DNA of 64,000 bases, taken from IMG/VR virus record IMGVR_UViG_3300042451_000960; one strand, written 5' to 3'. Shown here one piece after another: positions 54,638 to 62,689 of this stretch (the first letter of the stretch is position 1; every line of letters begins with the position of its first letter). The notes under the pieces are model-generated. The model saw only the letters and a program-made list of their open reading frames with translations, was not told where the DNA came from and did not search any database. A program made the position numbers and the translations under genes. The DNA is from a virus. Taxonomy: Duplodnaviria > Caudoviricetes.

Positions 54638-56925
54638 TATTGTATTTTTATTTTAAGTGGTTTACCATCCTTATCTACAGCCTCATTTGAAGATATTGAA
54701 ATCAATCCCAAAGAATTTGGTATTTGTTTATTTAATTTAAAAATCACCTTATATTCGGTAGTATTGTCTAAAAGTTCTCCTGATGTGTTTATAGAACCCA
54801 AATTTATATATGAACCTTTATCTGTCCCAAAGTTTATGGGTGAACCAGTGGTTTTAAAATCAATTCCTGAGTACTTTAAAAAGCTGTTATCATAGTTTAT
54901 TCTAAATTGTGTTCCCACAATTAAATTTGTATTAGGACTAAACTTAATATAAGCTATTAACATATCATCTTTAATTTCCGAAATGATATATGCAGTTGGT
55001 AGTGCCGATACACTCATTGTTTTAACAGCCATAGAAGATATGGAATTTACACCATTTGCCGAATTACCACTTACTGATTGTGCCGATGAGTGCGATAGGT
55101 TTACATCACCCTTCCAAAATGTATTAAGTGTAAATGCATTAAGTAATTGAGATGAACTAAAGTTAATACCACTATAACTGTCCGAAGTGGTATTTGGGTA
55201 TGTTTGCCAATTAGTTTTTGTTATAGCATCGTATATTGATTTTGGAAGAACCTTCATAAATGATTCTAAATTATTTGCCGTTAATAATGATTCTTGTCCC
55301 AAAAGATGTCTTAATAATTTAAAACAATCTGCTTCATTAAACTGCCCATCTCCATTTACATCTGCGTTCATAAACTGAATACCAGAAGTAAATTGAGTTC
55401 CACTACTACCACCAAATATACCACCACCATCCGAAAATTCTTTGAAAGCAAGATATACATCGGTTACAGTTACTATTCTATCCAACATTGAAGAAATACT
55501 ATCCGCAGTTTGTGGTTGGAATTGAACTCTTTGTGGTTTATATCCCAATACATTTGACGTTGTTACTTCACAGGCAAAAGCATAGTTATCATATCCAGCA
55601 TTTCTGATATATGAATTAAATACTGAAGTTCCGTCCGTCAGTTTAGAAGGAATATATGGCAAACGATACTCTGCCCAATATGGATTATTACCCAAATAAG
55701 TTACAGGTCCGCTATATACATCCAATATAGAAACATTTGTAATTTGTGAAGGTTGGTGATTAGTAAACTTTCTTAAATCAATATAAAGTGTTCCCACATT
55801 ATTAAAAGTGTTTACATAAGACCATTCTACTCCACCTGCTACAATATTTGCTCCCGCTCCAACTGCAACCCTAACTGTATCAGAAAGAGAACTCATATCA
55901 ACTCTACCAATATTATTTAAAGGAGTATAATTTTGTGAAAATGGAGTCCAAACATTATTAGATTGTGAATGTGTTCTTAATGCGAATCTACTTGCTGTAA
56001 GATTGTTAAAATTAAAAGTATATTGAACCCTAAACACATCACCATTTGAATGAATAACACTATTAGAATAAAATTCAGTAAATGTTTGGTCATCAGGATT
56101 TGCCCAAGTTCCAAATTCAACTACATAAGCACAACTAAAATGATTTGGTAAATCATTCCATTGAGAACCACCACCCCATTTAGTTACTGCGTAATCTTCG
56201 TTACCACTGTTGTTTGGTTCACCACCTGCCCAATTATTATATTGTCCAACTATGTTTCCAGCAGTTTGTCCGTTTGATGTTTTGATTAAAGTTCCTGCTT
56301 CAGGTCCCGCATCAATTCTCCATTGTGCCTCAACTATTTCATCGGTTAGTGCAAACCAAATACTAGATTGTGGAACATTCGCAAATATAAAAGCATCTTC
56401 ATCAGATGAAGTAATTGTTACCAAGTATCCTTGCTGCCCTTTGAAAGTTTGTTGCGATGAAAGTAGTTTAGCATTTGAATATGTTGCACCGGTTGATATT
56501 GGTCTATAAAAGTGTCCGTTTGACGGGTTATAAAAATACCCAGTTGGATTAACAGTTGCCGATACTGATATTTGTATGTTACCTGCTGTGGCGTTTGTAT
56601 TTACTTTTAAGGTTGCCAATGCATTGTTTATATTAGCCATTGTGCCTGTAAACACCAAACGAGTTTTGTTACCGGTAAAGTTAAATCCAGATGCTGGTGT
56701 AAGACCCGTTGTTGTGCTTATGTTAAATGTTGTTCCGGCTGGTGCTTGTGGTAAACCAATAGCACAAAGGAGTGTTGCTGTTGAACTAAATCCGTTAAGG
56801 GAAAATCCACTAGCATCTTGTCCTGCTGTACTTTTAGCAAACGATTTTGGTTCGGGAGCCGTTACTGATTGCCCAAACCCAAAAATCGTTACTAAAGATA
56901 ATAAAAGTGTTAATAATATTCTCAT
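54637..56925 (-). CDS. Secreted protein: C-type lectin domain + dockerin-like + cohesin-like C-terminus
   Basis: Signal peptide; NGHFY...GYLVTITS..E...WFALTD...YNNWAGGEPNN...WND; ADVNGDGQFNEAD; GTQFRINYDNSFLKY. Confidence 0.8.
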   Translation of the reverse strand: MRILLTLLLSLVTIFGFGQSVTAPEPKSFAKSTAGQDASGFSLNGFSSTATLLCAIGLPQAPAGTTFNISTTTGLTPASGFNFTGNKTRLVFTGTMANINNALATLKVNTNATAGNIQISVSATVNPTGYFYNPSNGHFYRPISTGATYSNAKLLSSQQTFKGQQGYLVTITSSDEDAFIFANVPQSSIWFALTDEIVEAQWRIDAGPEAGTLIKTSNGQTAGNIVGQYNNWAGGEPNNSGNEDYAVTKWGGGSQWNDLPNHFSCAYVVEFGTWANPDDQTFTEFYSNSVIHSNGDVFRVQYTFNFNNLTASRFALRTHSQSNNVWTPFSQNYTPLNNIGRVDMSSLSDTVRVAVGAGANIVAGGVEWSYVNTFNNVGTLYIDLRKFTNHQPSQITNVSILDVYSGPVTYLGNNPYWAEYRLPYIPSKLTDGTSVFNSYIRNAGYDNYAFACEVTTSNVLGYKPQRVQFQPQTADSISSMLDRIVTVTDVYLAFKEFSDGGGIFGGSSGTQFTSGIQFMNADVNGDGQFNEADCFKLLRHLLGQESLLTANNLESFMKVLPKSIYDAITKTNWQTYPNTTSDSYSGINFSSSQLLNAFTLNTFWKGDVNLSHSSAQSVSGNSANGVNSISSMAVKTMSVSALPTAYIISEIKDDMLIAYIKFSPNTNLIVGTQFRINYDNSFLKYSGIDFKTTGSPINFGTDKGSYINLGSINTSGELLDNTTEYKVIFKLNKQIPNSLGLISISSNEAVDKDGKPLKIKIQ

Positions 56926-58592
56926 TATTCAATTACCAATTCTACCTTCTCACCATTAGCATCTACCGCATCGGCTAATACAAAGAAGAATAAACCAGCA
57001 GTGTTGCTTAATGGAACTTTAGGTGTGAAGATTAATTTATATGGAGTTCCTGTTTTAATTCTAGCTGTCTTTAATTGGTCAATAGAACCAAATGTTAATC
57101 TACCATCATCTTTTGTTGAGAAGTTGGTTATTGTACTTCCAGCATCAAATATTACATTATCCAAAGTTAGTTTTGTTGAGTCATAATTCATAATAACTTG
57201 CAAACCTGCTAATCCTTCTTTTGTTAAACCAGCAGTAAGAACAACTTTACCATTTTCCAATTTAGAAACAACTGAAAGTGATGCAGATTGTTCAATTTTT
57301 TCAGCATAAACATTTGATTGATTAGAAGTCATTGCCATTGTTTTTATATCACCAACTTTTAATCCATTAGCAGAATTTGTATAGTTTCCAGCTGTAATAC
57401 TAGCTGCGATAGCAGTAGTGCTAGATGAATGTGACCAATCCAAATCACCACCCCATGCAAATACCGCATCTACAGTTTGTGCAGGTTGAGTTACATATAC
57501 TCTATATTTTGCAGTTCCATCTAACCAACTCTGATTTAGTAAACCACTATTCCATCTGAAAGTTGTTGCTGTATTTGATGGTATGAATGCAAGCGATGAT
57601 ACATCTTGTCCCATCACATGCGCAAATAGATAGTAAGAATCTTTTTCAGTAAATATACCATCATCTTTGGATACGTTACCAATCTTTTTTTCTAAATTAG
57701 GATATGTAAAATAGTTTGCAGTTCCACTAATATCAGTTTGTGAATGTCCTAAGAATGCCTTATATGCATCTGATATAGTGATGATATTATTCATCCATGC
57801 TTTTTGTGTTGCAACTCCAACAAATACACCTAAACTATCACCAACTTTAACACCAGAGGTGAATATAGCCTCACCAGCACCATCCAACATTTTCGTTTGA
57901 AGTGGTTGTTGTGTCCAATCTATATCACCACTACCATCGGTTTTTAATTTCATCAATTGAACATTATGGTCACCAATGTTATATCCTTGTGGGAATAGAA
58001 CTCTTACCTTAAAGAAAGATGTATTACCAGTTACACCAGTTAGTGTAGTTTGACCAGCCGTAGTTTTAATATATGGAATGTTATTACCAGTTTGGCTATC
58101 AATTGCATAAGCATGATTCAATTTGAAAATCGCATTGTAAGTGTTTTGGTCTTTAAGAATATACTTTTGAGTTGCAATTACACCATTTATAGAAGCATCA
58201 GCTCTTTGAATTGCTAATTGACCAACGTTCCAATCATTGTTTACATTATATCCCCAAGGTGTAGCTTGATATTGTGCATAAAGTGCGGTATCCGGTGAAG
58301 CTACTGATGGAGTAAATGAATAGTTATTCCAACCTGTATAGTATGTTTGTGATTGGGTACCCTGATTAAATGTGGTTGAAACGTATGTAAGTGCTTTATT
58401 GTTAAATGAGTATCTTAACCAAAAATATCTCGGAGTTGTACCTGCTCTATCAACCGTATAAGTTACAGTTAGGGTATCACCAACTTTGTATGGTCCTGCT
58501 GATACAGATTGGTTTACGATTATTTGAGCTTCTACTTTTAATGCGAATAAGGATATAATCAATACCCCTAAAAGTGTTATTAGTTTTTTCAT
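56925..58592 (-). CDS. Secreted cohesin-like protein, C-terminally paralogous to 54637..56925
   Basis: Signal peptide; N-terminal YSFNNKALTYVSTTF and C-terminal GLQVIMNYDSTKLTLDNV cohesin-like domains; WGGDLDWSHSS. Confidence 0.75.
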   Translation of the reverse strand: MKKLITLLGVLIISLFALKVEAQIIVNQSVSAGPYKVGDTLTVTYTVDRAGTTPRYFWLRYSFNNKALTYVSTTFNQGTQSQTYYTGWNNYSFTPSVASPDTALYAQYQATPWGYNVNNDWNVGQLAIQRADASINGVIATQKYILKDQNTYNAIFKLNHAYAIDSQTGNNIPYIKTTAGQTTLTGVTGNTSFFKVRVLFPQGYNIGDHNVQLMKLKTDGSGDIDWTQQPLQTKMLDGAGEAIFTSGVKVGDSLGVFVGVATQKAWMNNIITISDAYKAFLGHSQTDISGTANYFTYPNLEKKIGNVSKDDGIFTEKDSYYLFAHVMGQDVSSLAFIPSNTATTFRWNSGLLNQSWLDGTAKYRVYVTQPAQTVDAVFAWGGDLDWSHSSSTTAIAASITAGNYTNSANGLKVGDIKTMAMTSNQSNVYAEKIEQSASLSVVSKLENGKVVLTAGLTKEGLAGLQVIMNYDSTKLTLDNVIFDAGSTITNFSTKDDGRLTFGSIDQLKTARIKTGTPYKLIFTPKVPLSNTAGLFFFVLADAVDANGEKVELVIE

Positions 58593-58598
58593 ATTCTT

Positions 58599-59249
58599 TT
58601 ACTTTTTACCAAATAGCTTTTTAATTAAGCTATCCGATGCTTTTTTAAGAGCGTTACTTAAAGATGTTTGATTGAATTTTCCACCCTCATCCACTATAAG
58701 TGTGGACATTGAAATTTCAGATGAACCTTCTTCAACCACAACCTCTTTAACTTTCTTACCTTCTTTATAAAGGATTCCATGTAACCTTACAACAGTTTCA
58801 TCTTCCCCCTTATGGAAAACTCCAATGTTTGTCTTGGTTGAAAGCACATCTAAATACACAATGTTTACTTTGAGTTTGTATTTAGAATCTTTAGATAAGT
58901 CATAACCTGCTTCTTGCAGATATTCCTCTAATATATTTTTAACACCAAAAGCAAGATTTCTATTACCTGCTAATTTACCAATTTTAACTTGATTTTCTAC
59001 CGATTCAACCCATATATGTTCTTCTTCTTGATACCATATATTATCGGGATTATTTTTGAATGTACCATCTACTCTCCACATAATTTCTTTAGAGATTTGG
59101 GTAGCCCATTCAGTTCTACCACTAAATTCCAAGAATACCATAAAGACTTGGAATGTGAATGCCAATCCTATAAAAAGACCAACACCCAATAAAAACATTT
59201 TGAACAATAACTCTTTAATGTTCAAAACAGCTGATTTAATGTATTGCAT
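58599..59249 (-). CDS. Membrane-anchored CsgG-like protein
   Basis: N-terminal TM helix; FGVKNILEEYL aligns with LGVANIVLEYL of 50222..50950. Confidence 0.6.
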   Translation of the reverse strand: MQYIKSAVLNIKELLFKMFLLGVGLFIGLAFTFQVFMVFLEFSGRTEWATQISKEIMWRVDGTFKNNPDNIWYQEEEHIWVESVENQVKIGKLAGNRNLAFGVKNILEEYLQEAGYDLSKDSKYKLKVNIVYLDVLSTKTNIGVFHKGEDETVVRLHGILYKEGKKVKEVVVEEGSSEISMSTLIVDEGGKFNQTSLSNALKKASDSLIKKLFGKK

Positions 59250-59322
59250 GATTTTTCCTGCTTATTATATTAGTATAACAAGTTAGATAACACTTACGGA
59301 AACAATCAATAAAACTTTACTA

Positions 59323-59347
59323 AAAAACTAATTGCAAAAACTAATTG
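59323..59347. repeat. Direct repeat AAAAACTAATTG x2 (13-bp period) in a leader region
   Basis: 59323..59334 and 59336..59347, intergenic. Confidence 0.75.
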
Positions 59348-59356
59348 GACACGAAT

Positions 59357-59392
59357 AAAAAAGAGTATCCAAACATAAATATTGGATACTCT
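59357..59392 (-). terminator. Terminator hairpin (11-bp perfect stem) whose loop carries the phage promoter motif
   Basis: AGAGTATCCAA-(acataaata)-TTGGATACTCT at 59362..59392; U-tract on the minus strand; ATATTTATG at 59374..59382. Confidence 0.8.
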
Positions 59393-59421
59393 AAAAATAC
59401 TACTAACTCTAATGTTAATTA

Positions 59422-59787
59422 TTAAAGATTTCTTAACTTATATAATGTTGTGAATAAGAGTTTTTCTATATTATCAACTTCGTTCTGAATCCAGCTAGCA
59501 GATAATTCTTCTTTTTCTCTTTCAGTTCTAACGAATTTTAAAAGGTCTTCAAAATATGCTATAATGTTTTCGATACTTGCATCATTATCAATTCCCTTTA
59601 CAGCTTTGAATTCAATCAATCCACTCATTCCCTGATAAGGTTCTACAATACCATCCAATAATGGTACAATAGATTCGTAATACTCCTGCAATGCTAAATG
59701 TGGGGCCAATGCGTTAGGCGATACTCTTAGGTGAAATACATGCGCTTGTGTGCGGCTGTGTAATAGCATTGATGCAAAATCTGTCAT
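59422..59787 (-). CDS. Ferritin-like four-helix protein (DUF5856-like)
   Basis: LLHSRTQAHVFHL...HLALQEYYE...D.IVE.YQG...EVDNI...YKL. Confidence 0.7.
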   Translation of the reverse strand: MTDFASMLLHSRTQAHVFHLRVSPNALAPHLALQEYYESIVPLLDGIVEPYQGMSGLIEFKAVKGIDNDASIENIIAYFEDLLKFVRTEREKEELSASWIQNEVDNIEKLLFTTLYKLRNL

Positions 59788-59805
59788 AATAATCCGGTTT
59801 AACCA

Positions 59806-60528
59806 TTATAAATATTCTTCTTCCCAAAAATCGTTATTTGGTGAAGTAATCATACCGTGGTCTAAATAATCATTCAACATCTTTACCTGATGTTTTTTCA
59901 TTTCATTTACCACCTTTGTAATATAATGAGTCTTACAATCTGTCATCTCTCTTATCAAGAGATATAGGTGCTTTTTATTAAAGTTTTCTATATATCTACT
60001 TCTACGGAATAATTCTAATACAGCATCTGCTATTTGTATATCTCTTTTCTTTGTAAATACTTTAGTAAGATTTTGGTCCCAATATTTAAGCATTAATTCT
60101 TTAAATTCCACAAACTCATCACCTTTTTGTACTTCTTCAAAATCATCAGGTGGATTCCAACTTTCAGGCATTTCAGAAAGTAGTGCTGTTTTTTTGAAAC
60201 GTTTGTAATTACCATTATTTTTTAGAATCAAATGGTTTTTTGCAACAATAGAAAAATAAGAGAATGCTTTACCCTTACCTTCTTTGAACATATGTATTTT
60301 TTCAATTAAAGTAGATACAACTTCCATTTGTATATCTTCTTTAGAAACATCAAAGTATGAAAACTTAAATGTATTAAGAATATTCTCTGCCAATTTTTCA
60401 AATGGATATTTTATACTTTCTTCGTATATTTTATTTCTTAATTTAAAATCTTCAGATTTATTATATTCTATAATGGCTCTTTCGGTATCCATTGTAAAAT
60501 ACATTTTTTCCTTCTTTTTTCTAGGCAT
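59806..60528 (-). CDS. Phage RNA polymerase sigma factor (late sigma, T4 gp55-like)
   Basis: YFT...AIIEYN...LAENI...EDIQMEVVSTLIEKIHMF..GKGKAFSYFSIVAKNHL, resembling sigma region 2. Confidence 0.8.
   Translation of the reverse strand: MPRKKKEKMYFTMDTERAIIEYNKSEDFKLRNKIYEESIKYPFEKLAENILNTFKFSYFDVSKEDIQMEVVSTLIEKIHMFKEGKGKAFSYFSIVAKNHLILKNNGNYKRFKKTALLSEMPESWNPPDDFEEVQKGDEFVEFKELMLKYWDQNLTKVFTKKRDIQIADAVLELFRRSRYIENFNKKHLYLLIREMTDCKTHYITKVVNEMKKHQVKMLNDYLDHGMITSPNNDFWEEEYL
59807..59815 (-). promoter_or_regulatory. Phage-specific promoter motif ATATTTATA overlapping the stop codon of the sigma gene
   Basis: 19 nt upstream of the ATG at 59787. Confidence 0.55.
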
Positions 60529-60530
60529 TT

Positions 60531-60818
60531 TTAGATTTCATTTTTATAAGTTTCTATTGTTTCCTTTAATTCAGAAAACACAGCTCCAACTTCATCATCT
60601 GATTCAAAAGAACCTTTAATATCTATATCTCTCATTTGTTGAAGCATTGATTCTAATTTTTCTTGCGTTCTTGATTGCTTATCATCATAAACATCTATAA
60701 CATCTCTTAGTTGTTCATTTTGTTTGACAAGATTAATACCCCTAATCAATAGAAGGATGTTAAATATTATTGAAGCTGGTAGTAAGATTATTAATAAAAA
60801 ACCAATTAGGTATTCCAT
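60531..60818 (-). CDS. Single-TM hypothetical protein
   Basis: N-terminal hydrophobic helix followed by a coiled coil. Confidence 0.7.
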   Translation of the reverse strand: MEYLIGFLLIILLPASIIFNILLLIRGINLVKQNEQLRDVIDVYDDKQSRTQEKLESMLQQMRDIDIKGSFESDDEVGAVFSELKETIETYKNEI

Positions 60819-60835
60819 AAATTTTAATTAATATA

Positions 60836-60867
60836 CAAATATACAACATTTTTTCGAGAATACCAAA
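60836..60867 (-). promoter_or_regulatory. Bacteroidota-type promoter (TTTG-N20-TATATTTG) for the sigma-factor operon
   Basis: Minus strand reads TTTG-gtattctcgaaaaaatgttg-TATATTTG. Confidence 0.8.
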
Positions 60868-60868
60868 T

Positions 60869-61108
60869 TTAGGCTTCTCCAACAGGCCCACCATAATTAA
60901 ACATAGTTGGTATTTTTTCCTGTTCTCTTAATTCCTCTGCAATAGCTTGAAGTTTTTTTAACTTCTTTTTCATTCTTTTATTTAATTTTTCACTATCTAA
61001 TAAATCGTTTTCTTCTAATTCTTCAATAAGAGAATCCATATGAACAGATAATGAAAGGATTGCGTTTTGCTGATTCTTAATAATTTCAGCCAATGATTGT
61101 ACTTCCAT
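60869..61108 (-). CDS. Hypothetical protein
   Basis: 79-aa ORF tiling with its neighbours. Confidence 0.65.
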   Translation of the reverse strand: MEVQSLAEIIKNQQNAILSLSVHMDSLIEELEENDLLDSEKLNKRMKKKLKKLQAIAEELREQEKIPTMFNYGGPVGEA

Positions 61109-61109
61109 A

Positions 61110-61352
61110 TTATAATGCGTAAGAGCCCGAATAAAGGGCTTTTAAATTTTCAGTAATTTCGTAATCAGATTCTCTTTTATATTCGTGCCCAAATGCTTTT
61201 TTAATTGATAAACTAGCATAACCCATTGCTCCTGCCATTCTTACACATATTCTTTTATATTCCCAAATATCTAAATCATTTGGTACTGTGAATTCTATTT
61301 TAGATGCCTCTCGATTTTCTTCTTCTTCAATTATAAATATTAATTTTGCCAT
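61110..61352 (-). CDS. Hypothetical protein
   Basis: 80-aa ORF. Confidence 0.65.
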   Translation of the reverse strand: MAKLIFIIEEEENREASKIEFTVPNDLDIWEYKRICVRMAGAMGYASLSIKKAFGHEYKRESDYEITENLKALYSGSYAL

Positions 61353-61361
61353 TTGTTAAAA

Positions 61362-61946
61362 TTAAATTATACTCCATCCTTTTTGTAGGTAAGAATCAAC
61401 CTTCTTTGATTTTACAAACTCCATTTCACCAGCAGGTCCTTGTAACATAACTCTTTCGTTTCTACCAGGCTCTTTGTCTTTTGTAATTGTTTCTGAATAA
61501 ACTCTTGTTGGGTGTGTAATATCAATACCATTTATTGCATCTATTGCTCTTTGTACCAATACACATTCTAATAACCCAATATCTCCAAAAAATTCATCAG
61601 CATTTTTCCAATCTCTATTTTCATTAGTAGCTTTAAATTCAACTTTTCCTAAGTTATCAGTATTAATAATAATGTGTGGGTATCTAACTGTTTTTCTAAC
61701 TTTATTCTTTTTTAAAGAATCTTTTTCAAAATATACCAAAGCTTTATCTTTATCAGCATTTGTTATTGTAGGATTTACTAAAGTTAATTCTTCTTCTTGG
61801 TTACCCAACCTAATCGTTACTATTCTTTTTTCTAAAGATGTATCAAGACCTGTAAATAAAAATCCTTCTAATTTAGAAACTTCTTCTTTGTGTTTTGCAA
61901 TATCTTCTGATGTTATTTCAGCTATATCAATTTTTTTTATTTTCAT
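61362..61946 (-). CDS. Degenerate peptide-deformylase-like protein lacking the metal ligands
   Basis: LVNPTI; EKDSL where EGCLS is expected; VQRAIDAINGI where QHExDHLxG is expected; Cys-less GRNE (SEC-C-like) tail. Confidence 0.7.
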   Translation of the reverse strand: MKIKKIDIAEITSEDIAKHKEEVSKLEGFLFTGLDTSLEKRIVTIRLGNQEEELTLVNPTITNADKDKALVYFEKDSLKKNKVRKTVRYPHIIINTDNLGKVEFKATNENRDWKNADEFFGDIGLLECVLVQRAIDAINGIDITHPTRVYSETITKDKEPGRNERVMLQGPAGEMEFVKSKKVDSYLQKGWSII

Positions 61947-62112
61947 TTTGTTTTTGTTTATATTCTTCTATTTTTTCAGTTATATAATCAATAGAACCAT
62001 CCGGTCCATTATATCCCATATAACCTATGTAATATTTTATATTTTCAGGATTCTTTTCCAATTCCTCTTTCATTTCTTCCACAGTTCGTAGATATTTTAT
62101 TATTTTTGTCAT
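61927..62112 (-). CDS. Hypothetical protein
   Basis: 61-aa ORF. Confidence 0.6.
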   Translation of the reverse strand: MTKIIKYLRTVEEMKEELEKNPENIKYYIGYMGYNGPDGSIDYITEKIEEYKQKQNENKKN

Positions 62113-62501
62113 TATTCTAAATCTTGCGGTCCATTTCTATAAACTCTATAAGAATCTTCATCAAAGTGTTCCGTACTAACCTCAAATACAATTGAATTAT
62201 CAATTAATGCAGTTAGTTGGTGTGGTAATCCTTTTTGGATATAAACTACATCACCTTTTTGTAATTGTGTGTAGCATCTTTCTGCTTTATCACCATCAAT
62301 CCAATCAAATTGAAATGCTCCGTCTTGAATATACCAAGTTTCGTTTTTCAACATATGATAATGCATTGAAAATTTATTTCCTGAATTTGTGAATACTAAA
62401 AGTTTACCACAATATTGTGGGTCATTATGAATCCATAATTCATAACCCCATTGTTTTTCTACCCTCTTTGGGTGTTGAATTTTTACATCTATTGTTGCCA
62501 T
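62112..62501 (-). CDS. Cupin-domain protein (sugar isomerase-like)
   Basis: VEKQWGYELW...GKLL...SMHYH..K.ETWY...GLPHQL...EVST...D.YR. Confidence 0.85.
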   Translation of the reverse strand: MATIDVKIQHPKRVEKQWGYELWIHNDPQYCGKLLVFTNSGNKFSMHYHMLKNETWYIQDGAFQFDWIDGDKAERCYTQLQKGDVVYIQKGLPHQLTALIDNSIVFEVSTEHFDEDSYRVYRNGPQDLE

Positions 62502-62503
62502 AA

Positions 62504-62683
62504 TTAAATGATTATTGCTCTAATTTGATTAGTTTCGATTGAAGGACCATAAATGTATAGTTCTTTATCGAAATAGGTTTCTAAAAAATCTTTTAAGTTA
62601 AGATTAAACGTTTCTGTTTGGTAAACCTTTTCACCAATTTCTTTTATTGGTTTATCTATAATTTCATAAAATTTGTTTGCCAT
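62504..62683 (-). CDS. Hypothetical protein (59 aa)
   Basis: Not in the track. Hand translation MANKFYEIIDKPIKEIGEKVYQTETFNLNLKDFLETYFDKELYIYGPSIETNQIRAIII fills the thyA-cupin gap. Confidence 0.65.
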   Translation of the reverse strand: MANKFYEIIDKPIKEIGEKVYQTETFNLNLKDFLETYFDKELYIYGPSIETNQIRAIII

Positions 62684-62689
62684 AATATT

